This document shows positions 9,259 through 18,208 of a DNA stretch of 64,000 nucleotides, one piece after another (the first letter of the stretch is position 1; each line of letters starts with the position of its first letter). A program made the translations under genes and the position numbers. Source of the stretch: Hyalangium minutum (lineage in GTDB: Bacteria > Myxococcota > Myxococcia > Myxococcales > Myxococcaceae); the NCBI RefSeq assembly GCF_000737315.1, contig NZ_JMCB01000004.1:372001-436000 (forward strand), written 5' to 3'. Under the pieces are notes generated by a model, which had not been told where the DNA came from, did not search any database, and saw nothing but the letters and a program-made list of their open reading frames with translations.

Positions 9259-10124
9259 CGCTTGGGCTCCTGCGCAGGCGCGGGAACCTTCACGGGAGGA
9301 AACGTGAGGCTGCGACCCTCCGCCCTGCTCAGCTCCAGGACGAAGACGAGGCCCGCGCCCGCGGGCGGCTCCTCCGTCACCACGAGCATCCGCACAGCCT
9401 CGCCTTGTGCTGGCTCCCCCGGTTCCTCTAGCACCACGCGGCCTCGCAGCTTCTCGCCTGTCTCGCTCGTGAGCGTTGCGGCTGTTGGCACCCACGGGTG
9501 CGGGCCTCGCATGTTGCGGATCCAGACTTGGAACATCAGCCAGCCCTTTCCCCGATAGGCCACACCTTCCCGGGACTCCAAGCCCTGCGTGGCGTCCTTG
9601 GTTTTGTTCATCCGGGCAGTGGGAATGCCGCTCTGGCCCATGTAGCCCAGCAACAGCAAGTCTTCCGGCCCGCGCACGTCTGCGCGCACTTCTGCCGGGC
9701 AAGTTGGGGCCGCTGGCTCTGGGCGTACGACGTTGATCAGCGTGTCCACGTCGGACGCGGGTGCCACGAGCGCGAAGCCGGCCCGCGCGGGTGCCTTCCC
9801 GTTCGCGAACTCGACTTCAATCTCGTGGCGCTCGCCATCCCCGAGAGGGCTGACCGCTTGGACGATGAGCGAACGCGACTGCTCGCCCGTGTCCACCACG
9901 CGGATCCGCGAGGCATCCACCCGCACGGACTTCTTGCGGATCTCCGAGCCGAACAGGAACACCGTGGGTGTCTCGTGGGAGACGTGAACCTCGTGCGGGG
10001 GCTCGGCTGGAGTGCCGGTAACGATGACGGTGCGCTGTCTCGGCTCGCGTGTGGTGGCCTGGGCTCGCGCGACTGTGGCCGCGAACAGAACGAGCGCAAC
10101 GGCAAGGGACGCAGATGGGAACAA
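9255..10124 (-). CDS. DUF2381-family (TIGR02268-like) exported protein
   Basis: Sec signal (VARA-Q); PHEVHVSHETPTVFLFGS, GERHEIEVEFANG.AP.RA.F.LV, YRG.GW motifs resemble the myxobacterial paralog family as I recall it; AGGAGG 10 nt before TTG. Confidence 0.7.
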   Translation of the reverse strand: MFPSASLAVALVLFAATVARAQATTREPRQRTVIVTGTPAEPPHEVHVSHETPTVFLFGSEIRKKSVRVDASRIRVVDTGEQSRSLIVQAVSPLGDGERHEIEVEFANGKAPARAGFALVAPASDVDTLINVVRPEPAAPTCPAEVRADVRGPEDLLLLGYMGQSGIPTARMNKTKDATQGLESREGVAYRGKGWLMFQVWIRNMRGPHPWVPTAATLTSETGEKLRGRVVLEEPGEPAQGEAVRMLVVTEEPPAGAGLVFVLELSRAEGRSLTFPPVKVPAPAQEPKR

Positions 10125-10281
10125 GGCGACGTGACCTCCTGGGTAGGCACGCTAACAGACCCCCCAGCGAGGGGGGTAGCGTCGTGCTCTGCGTCTCTCT
10201 TTTCCGTCCCGCCCCAATGTCCCGACTACCGGCAGGGTGCCGCGCCCGGCTCCGGCTTCCGTTGCAAGGCTCCGGGCTCGC

Positions 10282-11823
10282 TCATGAAGCTGCTTGCTCG
10301 GGGGAGGGGGGCTCGGAGCCGAGACGGAAGAAGTCCATCGTCTGCTTGAGGGTGTCGGCCTGGGAGGCCAGCTCCTCCGCTGTGCTGGACAGCTCTTCAG
10401 CCGCTGCGGCGTTGCGCTGGGTCACCTGGTCAATCTGGAGCATGGACTGGCTGATCTGCGTGGCGCCTGTGGCCTGCTCCGCGCAGGCGGTCGAGACCTC
10501 CTTCATGAGCCCAGCGGTCCTCTGAATGGAGGGGACCAGCGTGGCCAGGTGCTTGCCGGAGCGATCGGCGATCTTCAGGCTGGAGCTGGCGAGCGTTTCA
10601 ATCTCCAGGGTTGCCTTCTGGCTGCGCTCCGACAGCTTGCGCACCTCCGAAGCGACCACGGCGAAGCCCCGGCCGTGCTCTCCCGCGCGTGCCGCCTCGA
10701 TGGCGGCATTCAGAGCCAGCAGGTGGGTTTGGTACGCAATCTCTTCGACGAGGGAGATCTGCGCGACGATGGAGGTCATCGCCTGGATGGTGTTCTCGAC
10801 CGCTTGGCCACTCTGCTCGGCATCTCGGGCTCCGCTGAGCGCCAGCTGCTCCAGCTGTTGACTGGTCTTGGCGGTGCGATCACTGGAGAGGCTGATCTGT
10901 TGGACGTTGTGACTGGTCTCTTCCACCGACGAGGCCTGGGTGTTTGTGCCCTGGGAGAGCGTCTGGGCGGCCGAGGAGACCTGCTCGGACGCCGAGGCCA
11001 GCGCCATCGACGCGGATCGTGCCTCGCCGAGGACACCGGCGAATTTCCGGACCATCTCCTTCAGGCTCATCATCATCTGCGCCGGCTCATCCCGGCCCTG
11101 CGGGGTGATGGGGACGCTCAAGTCCCCCGCGGCCAACTGGTGGGTGATCGTCACCGCCTGAGCGATGGGCTGGGTGATACTCCGGGCCAGTACCAGAGAG
11201 AGCAGCATGGCAAGCGGCACGCCCAAGGCTCCGCCCCCGAGCAGCATTCCATACATCTGAGCCGCCAAGGCATCGGTCTGCGCGCGCCGCTGCTTGAGGA
11301 GTTCGAACTCCTCCGCTTCGAGCTCAGCTTCGATGGACCTCATTTGATCCATGAAGTGCTTGCCCTTGGCGGCGCGCACCTGCTCGATCAGCTTGGAGAG
11401 TTCAGCCCGGCCCTCGCTCACGTCCTTGCGCAAGGCGAGCATGGGCTCGAGGTAGTTGTTCAACCAGGCCTCGTTGAGGGCCTGGAGCCGCTGGAGCCGC
11501 TCTTGCTGGCGCGGGTTGTCCGACGTCAGGTGCCGAGCCTGGGCCAGATGTTCGTCGAATGTGCTGCGCCCTTCGCGCAGCGGCTCGAGGAACTCCTCCG
11601 CACCGGTCAGGAGGAAGCCACGCTCACCGGTCTCCCGGTCCACCAGGCTCTTCATCATCCCACGCAGCTCGAGCAGGACCTCGAAGGAGTGGAGGTCCAG
11701 CACTCTGGCCTGCTGTAAGCGGGCGAAGCTCAGGTACGAAGCCGAGACCAGGGCCAGCAGGATCAACACCATGAGGCCGAAACCGGCCTGCAGCTTGCGC
11801 GCGATGCTCATGTTCTGAAGCAT
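10282..11823 (-). CDS. Methyl-accepting chemotaxis protein with CHASE3 sensor domain
   Basis: TM1, [18 protein letters not shown] and [12 protein letters not shown] (CHASE3), TM2, [40 protein letters not shown] signalling tip. Confidence 0.95.
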   Translation of the reverse strand: MLQNMSIARKLQAGFGLMVLILLALVSASYLSFARLQQARVLDLHSFEVLLELRGMMKSLVDRETGERGFLLTGAEEFLEPLREGRSTFDEHLAQARHLTSDNPRQQERLQRLQALNEAWLNNYLEPMLALRKDVSEGRAELSKLIEQVRAAKGKHFMDQMRSIEAELEAEEFELLKQRRAQTDALAAQMYGMLLGGGALGVPLAMLLSLVLARSITQPIAQAVTITHQLAAGDLSVPITPQGRDEPAQMMMSLKEMVRKFAGVLGEARSASMALASASEQVSSAAQTLSQGTNTQASSVEETSHNVQQISLSSDRTAKTSQQLEQLALSGARDAEQSGQAVENTIQAMTSIVAQISLVEEIAYQTHLLALNAAIEAARAGEHGRGFAVVASEVRKLSERSQKATLEIETLASSSLKIADRSGKHLATLVPSIQRTAGLMKEVSTACAEQATGATQISQSMLQIDQVTQRNAAAAEELSSTAEELASQADTLKQTMDFFRLGSEPPSPEQAAS

Positions 11824-11860
11824 GGAGCCCCATGTACGTCAGAGGCCCCGGCTTGGGTAA

Positions 11861-11876
11861 TGCACGGCGTGTCCCA
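11861..11876 (-). promoter_or_regulatory. Possible sigma54 -24/-12 promoter for the MCP gene
   Basis: Minus strand TGGGACACGCCGTGCA: GG-N10-GC spacing is correct but flanks match weakly; ~40 nt upstream of start. Confidence 0.3.
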
Positions 11877-11997
11877 GGACGCCCCGGAGAATGGGGCCGG
11901 TGGGTTGGTTCTCAAATTGAATCCAATGTCTTCTCAAAAAGAGAGTGTTCTTGGGGTGGGTTCTCGTAAAAACAGGGGGTTGAGCCGGGAGAGAAGC

Positions 11998-12013
11998 TGG
12001 CCAGGACCTTGCT
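11998..12013 (+). promoter_or_regulatory. Sigma54 -24/-12 promoter for the hydrolase operon
   Basis: TGGCCAGGACCTTGCT vs consensus TGGCACGNNNNTTGCW; exact spacing; ~90 nt upstream of ATG 12102. Confidence 0.65.
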
Positions 12014-12101
12014 TTAAGGGTTGGTGTCCCGAGCGGCGAGACCCGCTGGCTCGGGATGAAGACCCGAACGAGAGCGGCTTCGCGCCGCGGGAGGAACCAC
12101 C

Positions 12102-12842
12102 ATGTCTCATGCCCCACGTAGTGCCTTGGTCCTGGCTCTGACGCTGATGTCGACGGTCGCGCTCGCGCAAGCGAAGCAGGGCGGCCCCAAGCCCAGCGCC
12201 AAGCTGCTGACGCCGCAGAACTCCGCGCTGATCCTCATCGATCACCAGCCGCAGATGTCGTTCGCGGTCTCCAGCATCGACCGCCAGTCCTTGGTGAACA
12301 ACACGGTGGGCCTGGCCAAGGCGGCCAAGGCCTTCAAGGTGCCCACCCTCCTGACCACGGTGGCGGAGAAGAGCTTCAGTGGCCCCATCTTCCCGGAGGT
12401 CCAGGCGGTGTTCCCGGACCAGAAGCCCATCGACCGCACGTCGATGAACGCGTGGGAGGACAAGGCCTTCTACGACGCGGTGAAGAAGACCAACCGCAAG
12501 AAGCTGGTGATCGCGGCGCTGTGGACTGAGGTCTGCCTGGTGATGCCGGTGCTGAGCGCGCTGGACGAGGGCTATGAGGTCTACATCGTGACGGACGCCT
12601 CGGGTGGCACGAGCAAGGAGGCGCACGACATGGCGGTGGCGCGGATGATCCAGGCGGGTGCGCAGCCGGTGACCTGGATGCAGGTGCTGCTCGAGTACCA
12701 GCGCGACTGGGCGCGCGGCGAGACGTACGCGGCCACCACCGGAATCGCCATGGAGCACGGCGGCGCGTATGGCACGGGCATCCGCTACGCCAAGGGCATG
12801 TTTGGCGCCAGCGAGGGCAAGACCAGCGAGGTCACCAAGTAA
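12102..12842 (+). CDS. Isochorismatase-family cysteine hydrolase (YcaC-like) with Sec signal peptide
   Basis: LILIDHQPQM, DRTSMNAW, ALWTEVC (nucleophile), VTDASGG; N-terminal ALVLALTLMSTVALA signal; GGGAGG RBS. Confidence 0.9.
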   Translation: MSHAPRSALVLALTLMSTVALAQAKQGGPKPSAKLLTPQNSALILIDHQPQMSFAVSSIDRQSLVNNTVGLAKAAKAFKVPTLLTTVAEKSFSGPIFPEVQAVFPDQKPIDRTSMNAWEDKAFYDAVKKTNRKKLVIAALWTEVCLVMPVLSALDEGYEVYIVTDASGGTSKEAHDMAVARMIQAGAQPVTWMQVLLEYQRDWARGETYAATTGIAMEHGGAYGTGIRYAKGMFGASEGKTSEVTK

Positions 12843-12859
12843 TTCTGGTAGCACCTGAA

Positions 12860-12908
12860 GGGCGGCGCGCGAAGGGAGCACTCCCGGCGCGCGCCGCCCG
12901 TGTTTTTC
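12860..12908 (+). terminator. Intra-operon intrinsic terminator-like hairpin
   Basis: gggcggcgcgcg...cgcgcgccgccc 12-bp stem with inner ggga/tccc stem, followed by gtgtttttc, directly before the next RBS (GGAGG). Confidence 0.55.
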
Positions 12909-12920
12909 GGAGGACTTTCC

Positions 12921-14747
12921 ATGTTGAAGAACCACAAGCCCCTGCGGGGGATGGTGTCAGGGCTCATCTGCCTCGGAGTGATGGCGTGCGCCGCACGAGA
13001 GGTCCGGCCTGCGGCGGGAGAGACGGCGGAGCTCATCATCACGAACGGCAAGGTGACGACGCTGGACGCGGCCCACCCGGAGGTGAGCGCGCTGGCGGTG
13101 AAGGAAGGGCGCATCCTCGCCGTAGGAGACGATGCCCAGATCAAGGCGCTGGCGGGGCCCTCCACGCGGAGGGTCGATGCGGGAGGGCGGCGGGTGATTC
13201 CGGGGCTCAACGACAGCCACAACCACGTCATCCGCGGTGGACTCAACTACACGCTGGAGCTGCGCTGGGACGGGGTGCGGAGCCTGAAGCGCGCGCTGGA
13301 GATGCTGCGCGAGCAGGCGGCGCGGACGCCGAAGGGCCAGTGGGTGCGGGTGGTGGGCGGCTGGACGGAGTTCCAGTTCGAGGAGCGGCGCATGCCCACG
13401 CTGGAGGAAATCAACGCGGCGACGGGAGACACGCCGGCCTTCATCCTCAACCTCTACAACCAGGCCTTCGTGAACCAGGCGGCCGTGGCGGCGCTCGGGT
13501 GGGACGCGAAGACGCCGAACCCTCCGGGCGGAGAGATTCAGCGCGGCGCGGACGGCCGCCCTACGGGGCTGCTGCTGGCGAAGCCGGACGCGCTCATCCT
13601 CTATTCCACGCTGGCGCGAGCGCCGAAGCTGACGCGCGAGGAGCAGCTCAACTCCACGCGCCACTTCTTGCGCGAGTACAACCGGTTCGGCCTGACCAGC
13701 GCCATCGACGCAGGCGGAGGCGGGCAGAACTTCCCGGACGACTACAGCGTCATCGAGGAGGTGGCGGACAAGGGCGAGCTGACGCTGCGCATCTCCTATT
13801 ACCTCTTCGCGCAGAAGCGGGGGCAGGAACTGGCGGACTACCAGCGCTGGGTGGGGATGACGAAGCCGGGGACGGCCAAGGGGCTGCTGCGCCCCAATGG
13901 CTACCTGATGGCCGGAGGCGGAGAGAACCTGGTGTGGGCGGCGGCGGACTTCGAGAACTTCCTGGAGGAGCGTCCGGAGCTGAAGCCCGGGATGGAGGCG
14001 GAGCTGAAGCCCATCATTTCGCTGCTGGTGAAGAACCGCTGGCCGTTCCGCATCCACGGCACGTATGACGAGTCCATCCGCCGCTTCCTGGACGTGTTCG
14101 AGGCGGTGAACCGGGAGACGCCATTTGACGGGCTGCGGTGGGCGATCGACCACGGAGAGACGCTCACGCCCGAGACGCTGGCGCGGGTGAAAGCGCTGGG
14201 AGGCGGGGTGGCCATCCAGAGCCGAATGACGATGCAAGGCGAATACTTCGTGCGCCGCTACGGAGCGAAGGCCGCGGAGGAGGCCCCGCCGGTGCGCAAG
14301 ATGCTGGAGCTGGGAGTGCCGGTGGGAGCGGGAACGGACGCCACACGGGTGGACACGTACAACCCCTGGGTGGCGCTCTCGTGGATGACCACGGGCCGGA
14401 CCGAGGGCGGGTTGGTGCTCACGCCGCCGGAGAAGCGGCTCAGCCGCCAGCAAGCGCTGGAGCTCTACACGGTGGGCAGTGCGTGGTTCTCGGGTGAGGA
14501 GAAGGAGAAGGGACGGCTGGCGCCGGGCCAGCTCGCGGACTTCGCCATCCTCTCGGAGGACTACCTCTCGGTGCCCGAGGAGCGCATCCGCGGCATCGAG
14601 TCAGTGCTCACCGTGGTGGACGGCAAGCCCGTGTACGGGGCGGGGGAGTACGCCGCGCTGTCGCCCGCGCTGCCTCTGGTGCTTCCGGAGTGGAGCCCGG
14701 TGACCCGCTTCGGAGGCTACGCCTCGGGAACGCAGCGCGCGCCCTGA
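12921..14747 (+). CDS. Amidohydrolase_3 (YtcJ-like) metallo-dependent hydrolase, probable lipoprotein
   Basis: PGLNDSHNH (HxH), FRIHG, AIDHGE, AGTDA, LAPGQLADF; GVMA-C lipobox-like N-terminus; GGAGG RBS before ATG 12921. Confidence 0.92.
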   Translation: MLKNHKPLRGMVSGLICLGVMACAAREVRPAAGETAELIITNGKVTTLDAAHPEVSALAVKEGRILAVGDDAQIKALAGPSTRRVDAGGRRVIPGLNDSHNHVIRGGLNYTLELRWDGVRSLKRALEMLREQAARTPKGQWVRVVGGWTEFQFEERRMPTLEEINAATGDTPAFILNLYNQAFVNQAAVAALGWDAKTPNPPGGEIQRGADGRPTGLLLAKPDALILYSTLARAPKLTREEQLNSTRHFLREYNRFGLTSAIDAGGGGQNFPDDYSVIEEVADKGELTLRISYYLFAQKRGQELADYQRWVGMTKPGTAKGLLRPNGYLMAGGGENLVWAAADFENFLEERPELKPGMEAELKPIISLLVKNRWPFRIHGTYDESIRRFLDVFEAVNRETPFDGLRWAIDHGETLTPETLARVKALGGGVAIQSRMTMQGEYFVRRYGAKAAEEAPPVRKMLELGVPVGAGTDATRVDTYNPWVALSWMTTGRTEGGLVLTPPEKRLSRQQALELYTVGSAWFSGEEKEKGRLAPGQLADFAILSEDYLSVPEERIRGIESVLTVVDGKPVYGAGEYAALSPALPLVLPEWSPVTRFGGYASGTQRAP

Positions 14748-14775
14748 GCCCCGGGCCCCTTCTTCACCGTCTATC

Positions 14776-14803
14776 CCCGAGGGGCCTCACGAGGTCCCTC
14801 GGG
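14776..14803. terminator. Hairpin between convergent genes, probable bidirectional terminator
   Basis: cccgaggggcct-cacg-aggtccctcggg, 12-bp stem with one G:U pair. Confidence 0.55.
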
Positions 14804-14811
14804 CTTCCAGC

Positions 14812-16539
14812 TCATCTGCGCTTCTTTCGCGAAGTGGGGGCTGCGGGCGGAGTGTGGGCTGGGGGAAGCTTGATCGAGGCGTCCAGGAATGCCTGCCAAT
14901 CGGTGAAGCGGTGCAGCGGCGAGCAGATGGAGGCCATGGCCGCTCCTGGGCCCGAGCCAATGAGCACGCCGTGAGATCGCAGGCCCTTGCGTGCGGAGGC
15001 ACGGGTGAGCAAGTCCCGTGTCTCTGCGGGGACTTCGAACTCCCCATCGCTGACGAGCAGGAGATCCGCCCGTCCCCACCCCTCGGCGTCGAGCCTGGCC
15101 ACTGCCCTGGACAGGGGGGCCGTGACATCGGTGCCTCCAGAGAAGCTCTGGGTTAGGAAGGCCATCAGCCGCGCCAGCCCCTGCTCAGTCAGGGACAGCT
15201 CGTGCTCTGCCACATCCCCTGGGCCACTAAATGCGTATAGGTAGCAGGGGCGTTTCTCGTTGAAGCCGACGCGCGTGGCCTCCAGGACGAGCGCCTTGGC
15301 CACGAGCTCGGGAGTGCCCTTCATGGAGCCCGAGGTATCGAGGCAGACGAGAATGGGGCCTCGGGTCTCGGCGGGCCGAGGGCGCTGGTGCGCCTCTCCG
15401 GCCTCGGTCTCCATCTGGACGCGCTCCAGGTCCGTCCCTTCGACCCGATAGGTCAGCAGGGTCCGCTCGGAGCGGCGGGCATGCCAGAGCAACCTCAACG
15501 TAGGATGGCCGAGCAAGGCGGCCTCCACTGGGAGCATGCGCTGCACATCCCCCGAGCGCTCCAGGCCTCGAGTCTCGGAGCGGGCCAGCGGACTGCGCAC
15601 CTCCCGGCGCTCCTCGATCACTCTCTGGACCGGGCCGATGATCGTCTCCATGACGGGAGGCACCTTGGGATCCAGGGAGGTCCGCATGCGGCCGAGCACC
15701 TGGATGAGCTCCTTCAATTGGGGGAGCTGCTCCAGCAGTCTTCGCAGCCGGACCACCTCCATCCATCCTTGAGAGCGAAGCAGCCCTCGCGCCAGATCCC
15801 AGCCACGGCCCAGGAGCATGGCGAGCTCCCCAAACACATCTTCCATTTCGGCCCAGAGCCGGACGCGTTCCTCCCATGCTGTGCGGAGCCTCTGGCGGAT
15901 GGCTTCCTGGAGCTGTTGGTCGGCGAGCCGTGCGGCCTCGGCCTTGAGGTCCGCGAGGGTCTTCTTGTCCAACACCTCCTCAACCGGCTTGGGTTCCGCC
16001 GCGGCCGCTGGCGGCCCCGCTGGACCGGAGCCTTGTCCGGAGGCGCCAGAGGAGGAGGAGGAAGCAGTGGCGCCATGTTGCGCACCGCCCTGCCGCGTTC
16101 CGCGAGGAGGGGGTTGCGCGGCGGGAGCCTGGGGGGACGCCTTCTTGCGGCGGGCGCGCTCCTGCTCCTGCAACTGTGCGAACTGAAGTGCCTCCCACTC
16201 GGCGCGCCGGAGGGCACCCGTGGATGCCGCCTCGAGCACGTCGAGCAGCAAGGCTTCGACCAGGGCCTTCTCGCCCCGGCAGAAGTGGGGCAGCCGGAGC
16301 GACGTGAGCTCTTGGTGGAGGAGCTCCGCGGTGGGCCGGTCGGGCCACTTGAGTCCCTCCAGGGGAGGGAGCCCACCGGCCATGAGGGCATCGTGCCATT
16401 GGAGAAGTCCCTGAACACGCTGCTCCAATGTGCCGTGGAGATGGGTGGCGGCGGCGTGGAAGAGGGCTTCGGGCAGCCGGTCGAGCAGCGAGTACCGTTG
16501 TTCCAGCGCTCCCGCGTCGAAGCCCTCCTGGGGGCTCAA
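14812..16539 (-). CDS. ViaA-like vWA domain protein
   Basis: Complete MIDAS: DTSGS, GGTD, VSDG; ETRGLERSGDVQRMLPVE..LL typical of ViaA/YieM; TTG start overlaps upstream TGA (TTGA 16536-16539). Confidence 0.88.
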   Translation of the reverse strand: MSPQEGFDAGALEQRYSLLDRLPEALFHAAATHLHGTLEQRVQGLLQWHDALMAGGLPPLEGLKWPDRPTAELLHQELTSLRLPHFCRGEKALVEALLLDVLEAASTGALRRAEWEALQFAQLQEQERARRKKASPQAPAAQPPPRGTRQGGAQHGATASSSSSGASGQGSGPAGPPAAAAEPKPVEEVLDKKTLADLKAEAARLADQQLQEAIRQRLRTAWEERVRLWAEMEDVFGELAMLLGRGWDLARGLLRSQGWMEVVRLRRLLEQLPQLKELIQVLGRMRTSLDPKVPPVMETIIGPVQRVIEERREVRSPLARSETRGLERSGDVQRMLPVEAALLGHPTLRLLWHARRSERTLLTYRVEGTDLERVQMETEAGEAHQRPRPAETRGPILVCLDTSGSMKGTPELVAKALVLEATRVGFNEKRPCYLYAFSGPGDVAEHELSLTEQGLARLMAFLTQSFSGGTDVTAPLSRAVARLDAEGWGRADLLLVSDGEFEVPAETRDLLTRASARKGLRSHGVLIGSGPGAAMASICSPLHRFTDWQAFLDASIKLPPAHTPPAAPTSRKKRR

Positions 16540-18086
16540 GCGGAACTCCGAGGGAGTGCGAGGAACCCTGAGCGCAGGTTCTTCAGCCGCTCGACAAGCC
16601 GGTTCGCGTGCTCTTGCCGCTGCTCCAGGTTGGCACGCGCGGGCTTGGAGAACCCGGGAGCAATCCACAGGTGGTCCTCCACGATCGCCGTCACCGATTT
16701 GATTTGAGCCTCCACCCCGCGGCGGTACTGCGTGAGCTCTTCGGAGAGTTCATCCACCTGCCGGACGCGGCCATCGATGTGGACTGGGGAGTAGCGGGTG
16801 GGCTCCATCATGGGAAGGAGGCTGTAGGGCTCGAAGTAGAAGTTGTTCTCGTCGGCGAGGTAGCTCTCGGCCCTTTGGGAACTGCTGCTGTAGTAGCCGT
16901 ACTGGTCTCGGATGGAGGACGTGATTTCCTCCCGCGTCATGCCCTTACCGCCCATGGTCCGGTCCGTGTGTCTGTCCGCGGGAGCCAGGAAGAGGGCTTG
17001 CTTGTCCGAGTTGGTCTTGCGCCGGTGGCCCTTCTGCTGCAAGACCGGCTTGCCTTTCTCGTCAGAGAAGAGCAGCTGGCCCTGCTCGTCTCTGGCTTGC
17101 GAGCGGGACTGTTTCTCGAGTTCCAGCTGCTTCTCGAGGGCGCCCACCAGCTTGGTGAAGCGTTCAGGCTCCGCTGCGGACGCCGTTCCCAGGCGCGCTT
17201 GGTACCAGTCGAAGATCGCCTCACGCTGTTCAGGCAGCTCCCAGGTGCAGTGCTGGAGTAGCCACGCGTCCCAGACAGACACCTCTGTTCGGCCGTGGCT
17301 CAGCGCGGAGACCTGGAGCAGGTAGACGATCTTTCGCCACCGCCGGTCGGACACCGCGATCTGCTGCCCTTCGAGGAATGCGCGCAGGGCCTTGAGGAGC
17401 GCCTTCACTTCTGGAGGGACAACGACCGTGGAGGCTGCCGCGCGGAACTCCTCGAGTTCGGCCCGTGTGAGGAGCAGCTCCTGCTTCGGCTGGATGGGCT
17501 GGGTGCCGCGAAGGTCCAGCAAGGCGTCGAACCCCTCGGCGGAGACGGGCGGAACCCGGCAGCGCAGCAGGAAGCGGTCATAGAGGGCGTGCAGCTCCTC
17601 GCCGTCCGGCAGCTCGTTGCTCGCTCCGACGACGCAGATGAGGGGCGTGCGGACGCGCTCCGTGCCATTGTCGAACTCGCGCTCATTGAGCAGGGTCAGC
17701 AGCGAGTTGAGGATGGCGCTGTTGGCTTTGAAGATCTCGTCCAGGAAGGCGAAGGCCGCGGACGGAAGGTACCCCCCGGTCTGCCGGTGGTAGCGGTCTT
17801 CCTCGAGCGCTTTGATCGACAAGGGCCCGAACAGCTCCTCAGGCACCGTGAAGCGCGTCAGCAGCCGCTCGAAGAGCGGCGCATCCTGGAACGCGAGTTT
17901 CAACCTTCGTGCCAGCTCGCTCTTGGCCGTTCCCGGAGGGCCCACCAGCAGGAGGTGCTCCCCAGCCAGCGCTGCAAGCAAAGCAAGCCTGATGGGTGTC
18001 GCGCGCTCGATGAGACCGGTGGCCAGACTGTCTCGCAATGAGGCCAGTCGGGGCTTCATGGACGCGTCGGGCTGCGGGTTTCGCAT
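16536..18086 (-). CDS. RavA-like MoxR AAA+ ATPase
   Basis: HLLLVGPPGTAKS, LTRFTVPEELFGP, FLDEIFKANSAILNSLL, GASNE, ALYDRFLLR, SDRRW. Confidence 0.92.
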   Translation of the reverse strand: MRNPQPDASMKPRLASLRDSLATGLIERATPIRLALLAALAGEHLLLVGPPGTAKSELARRLKLAFQDAPLFERLLTRFTVPEELFGPLSIKALEEDRYHRQTGGYLPSAAFAFLDEIFKANSAILNSLLTLLNEREFDNGTERVRTPLICVVGASNELPDGEELHALYDRFLLRCRVPPVSAEGFDALLDLRGTQPIQPKQELLLTRAELEEFRAAASTVVVPPEVKALLKALRAFLEGQQIAVSDRRWRKIVYLLQVSALSHGRTEVSVWDAWLLQHCTWELPEQREAIFDWYQARLGTASAAEPERFTKLVGALEKQLELEKQSRSQARDEQGQLLFSDEKGKPVLQQKGHRRKTNSDKQALFLAPADRHTDRTMGGKGMTREEITSSIRDQYGYYSSSSQRAESYLADENNFYFEPYSLLPMMEPTRYSPVHIDGRVRQVDELSEELTQYRRGVEAQIKSVTAIVEDHLWIAPGFSKPARANLEQRQEHANRLVERLKNLRSGFLALPRSSA

Positions 18087-18208
18087 GGAGGCTCCGGCGA
18101 TGAGGACAGGAGCCTGGGATGTCCCCAGGCCCGTGCGGACGCAGCAGACGCGAGCCCCTTGCGGAAAGCAACGGGCGCCCGTTCATGGCTGGGGTGCCTC
18201 TCACCCCG

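Noticed and set aside
10151-10180. Hairpin ACCCCCC-AGCGA-GGGGGGT upstream of DUF2381
   Set aside because: Homopolymer stem is easily formed by chance; no further support for a function.
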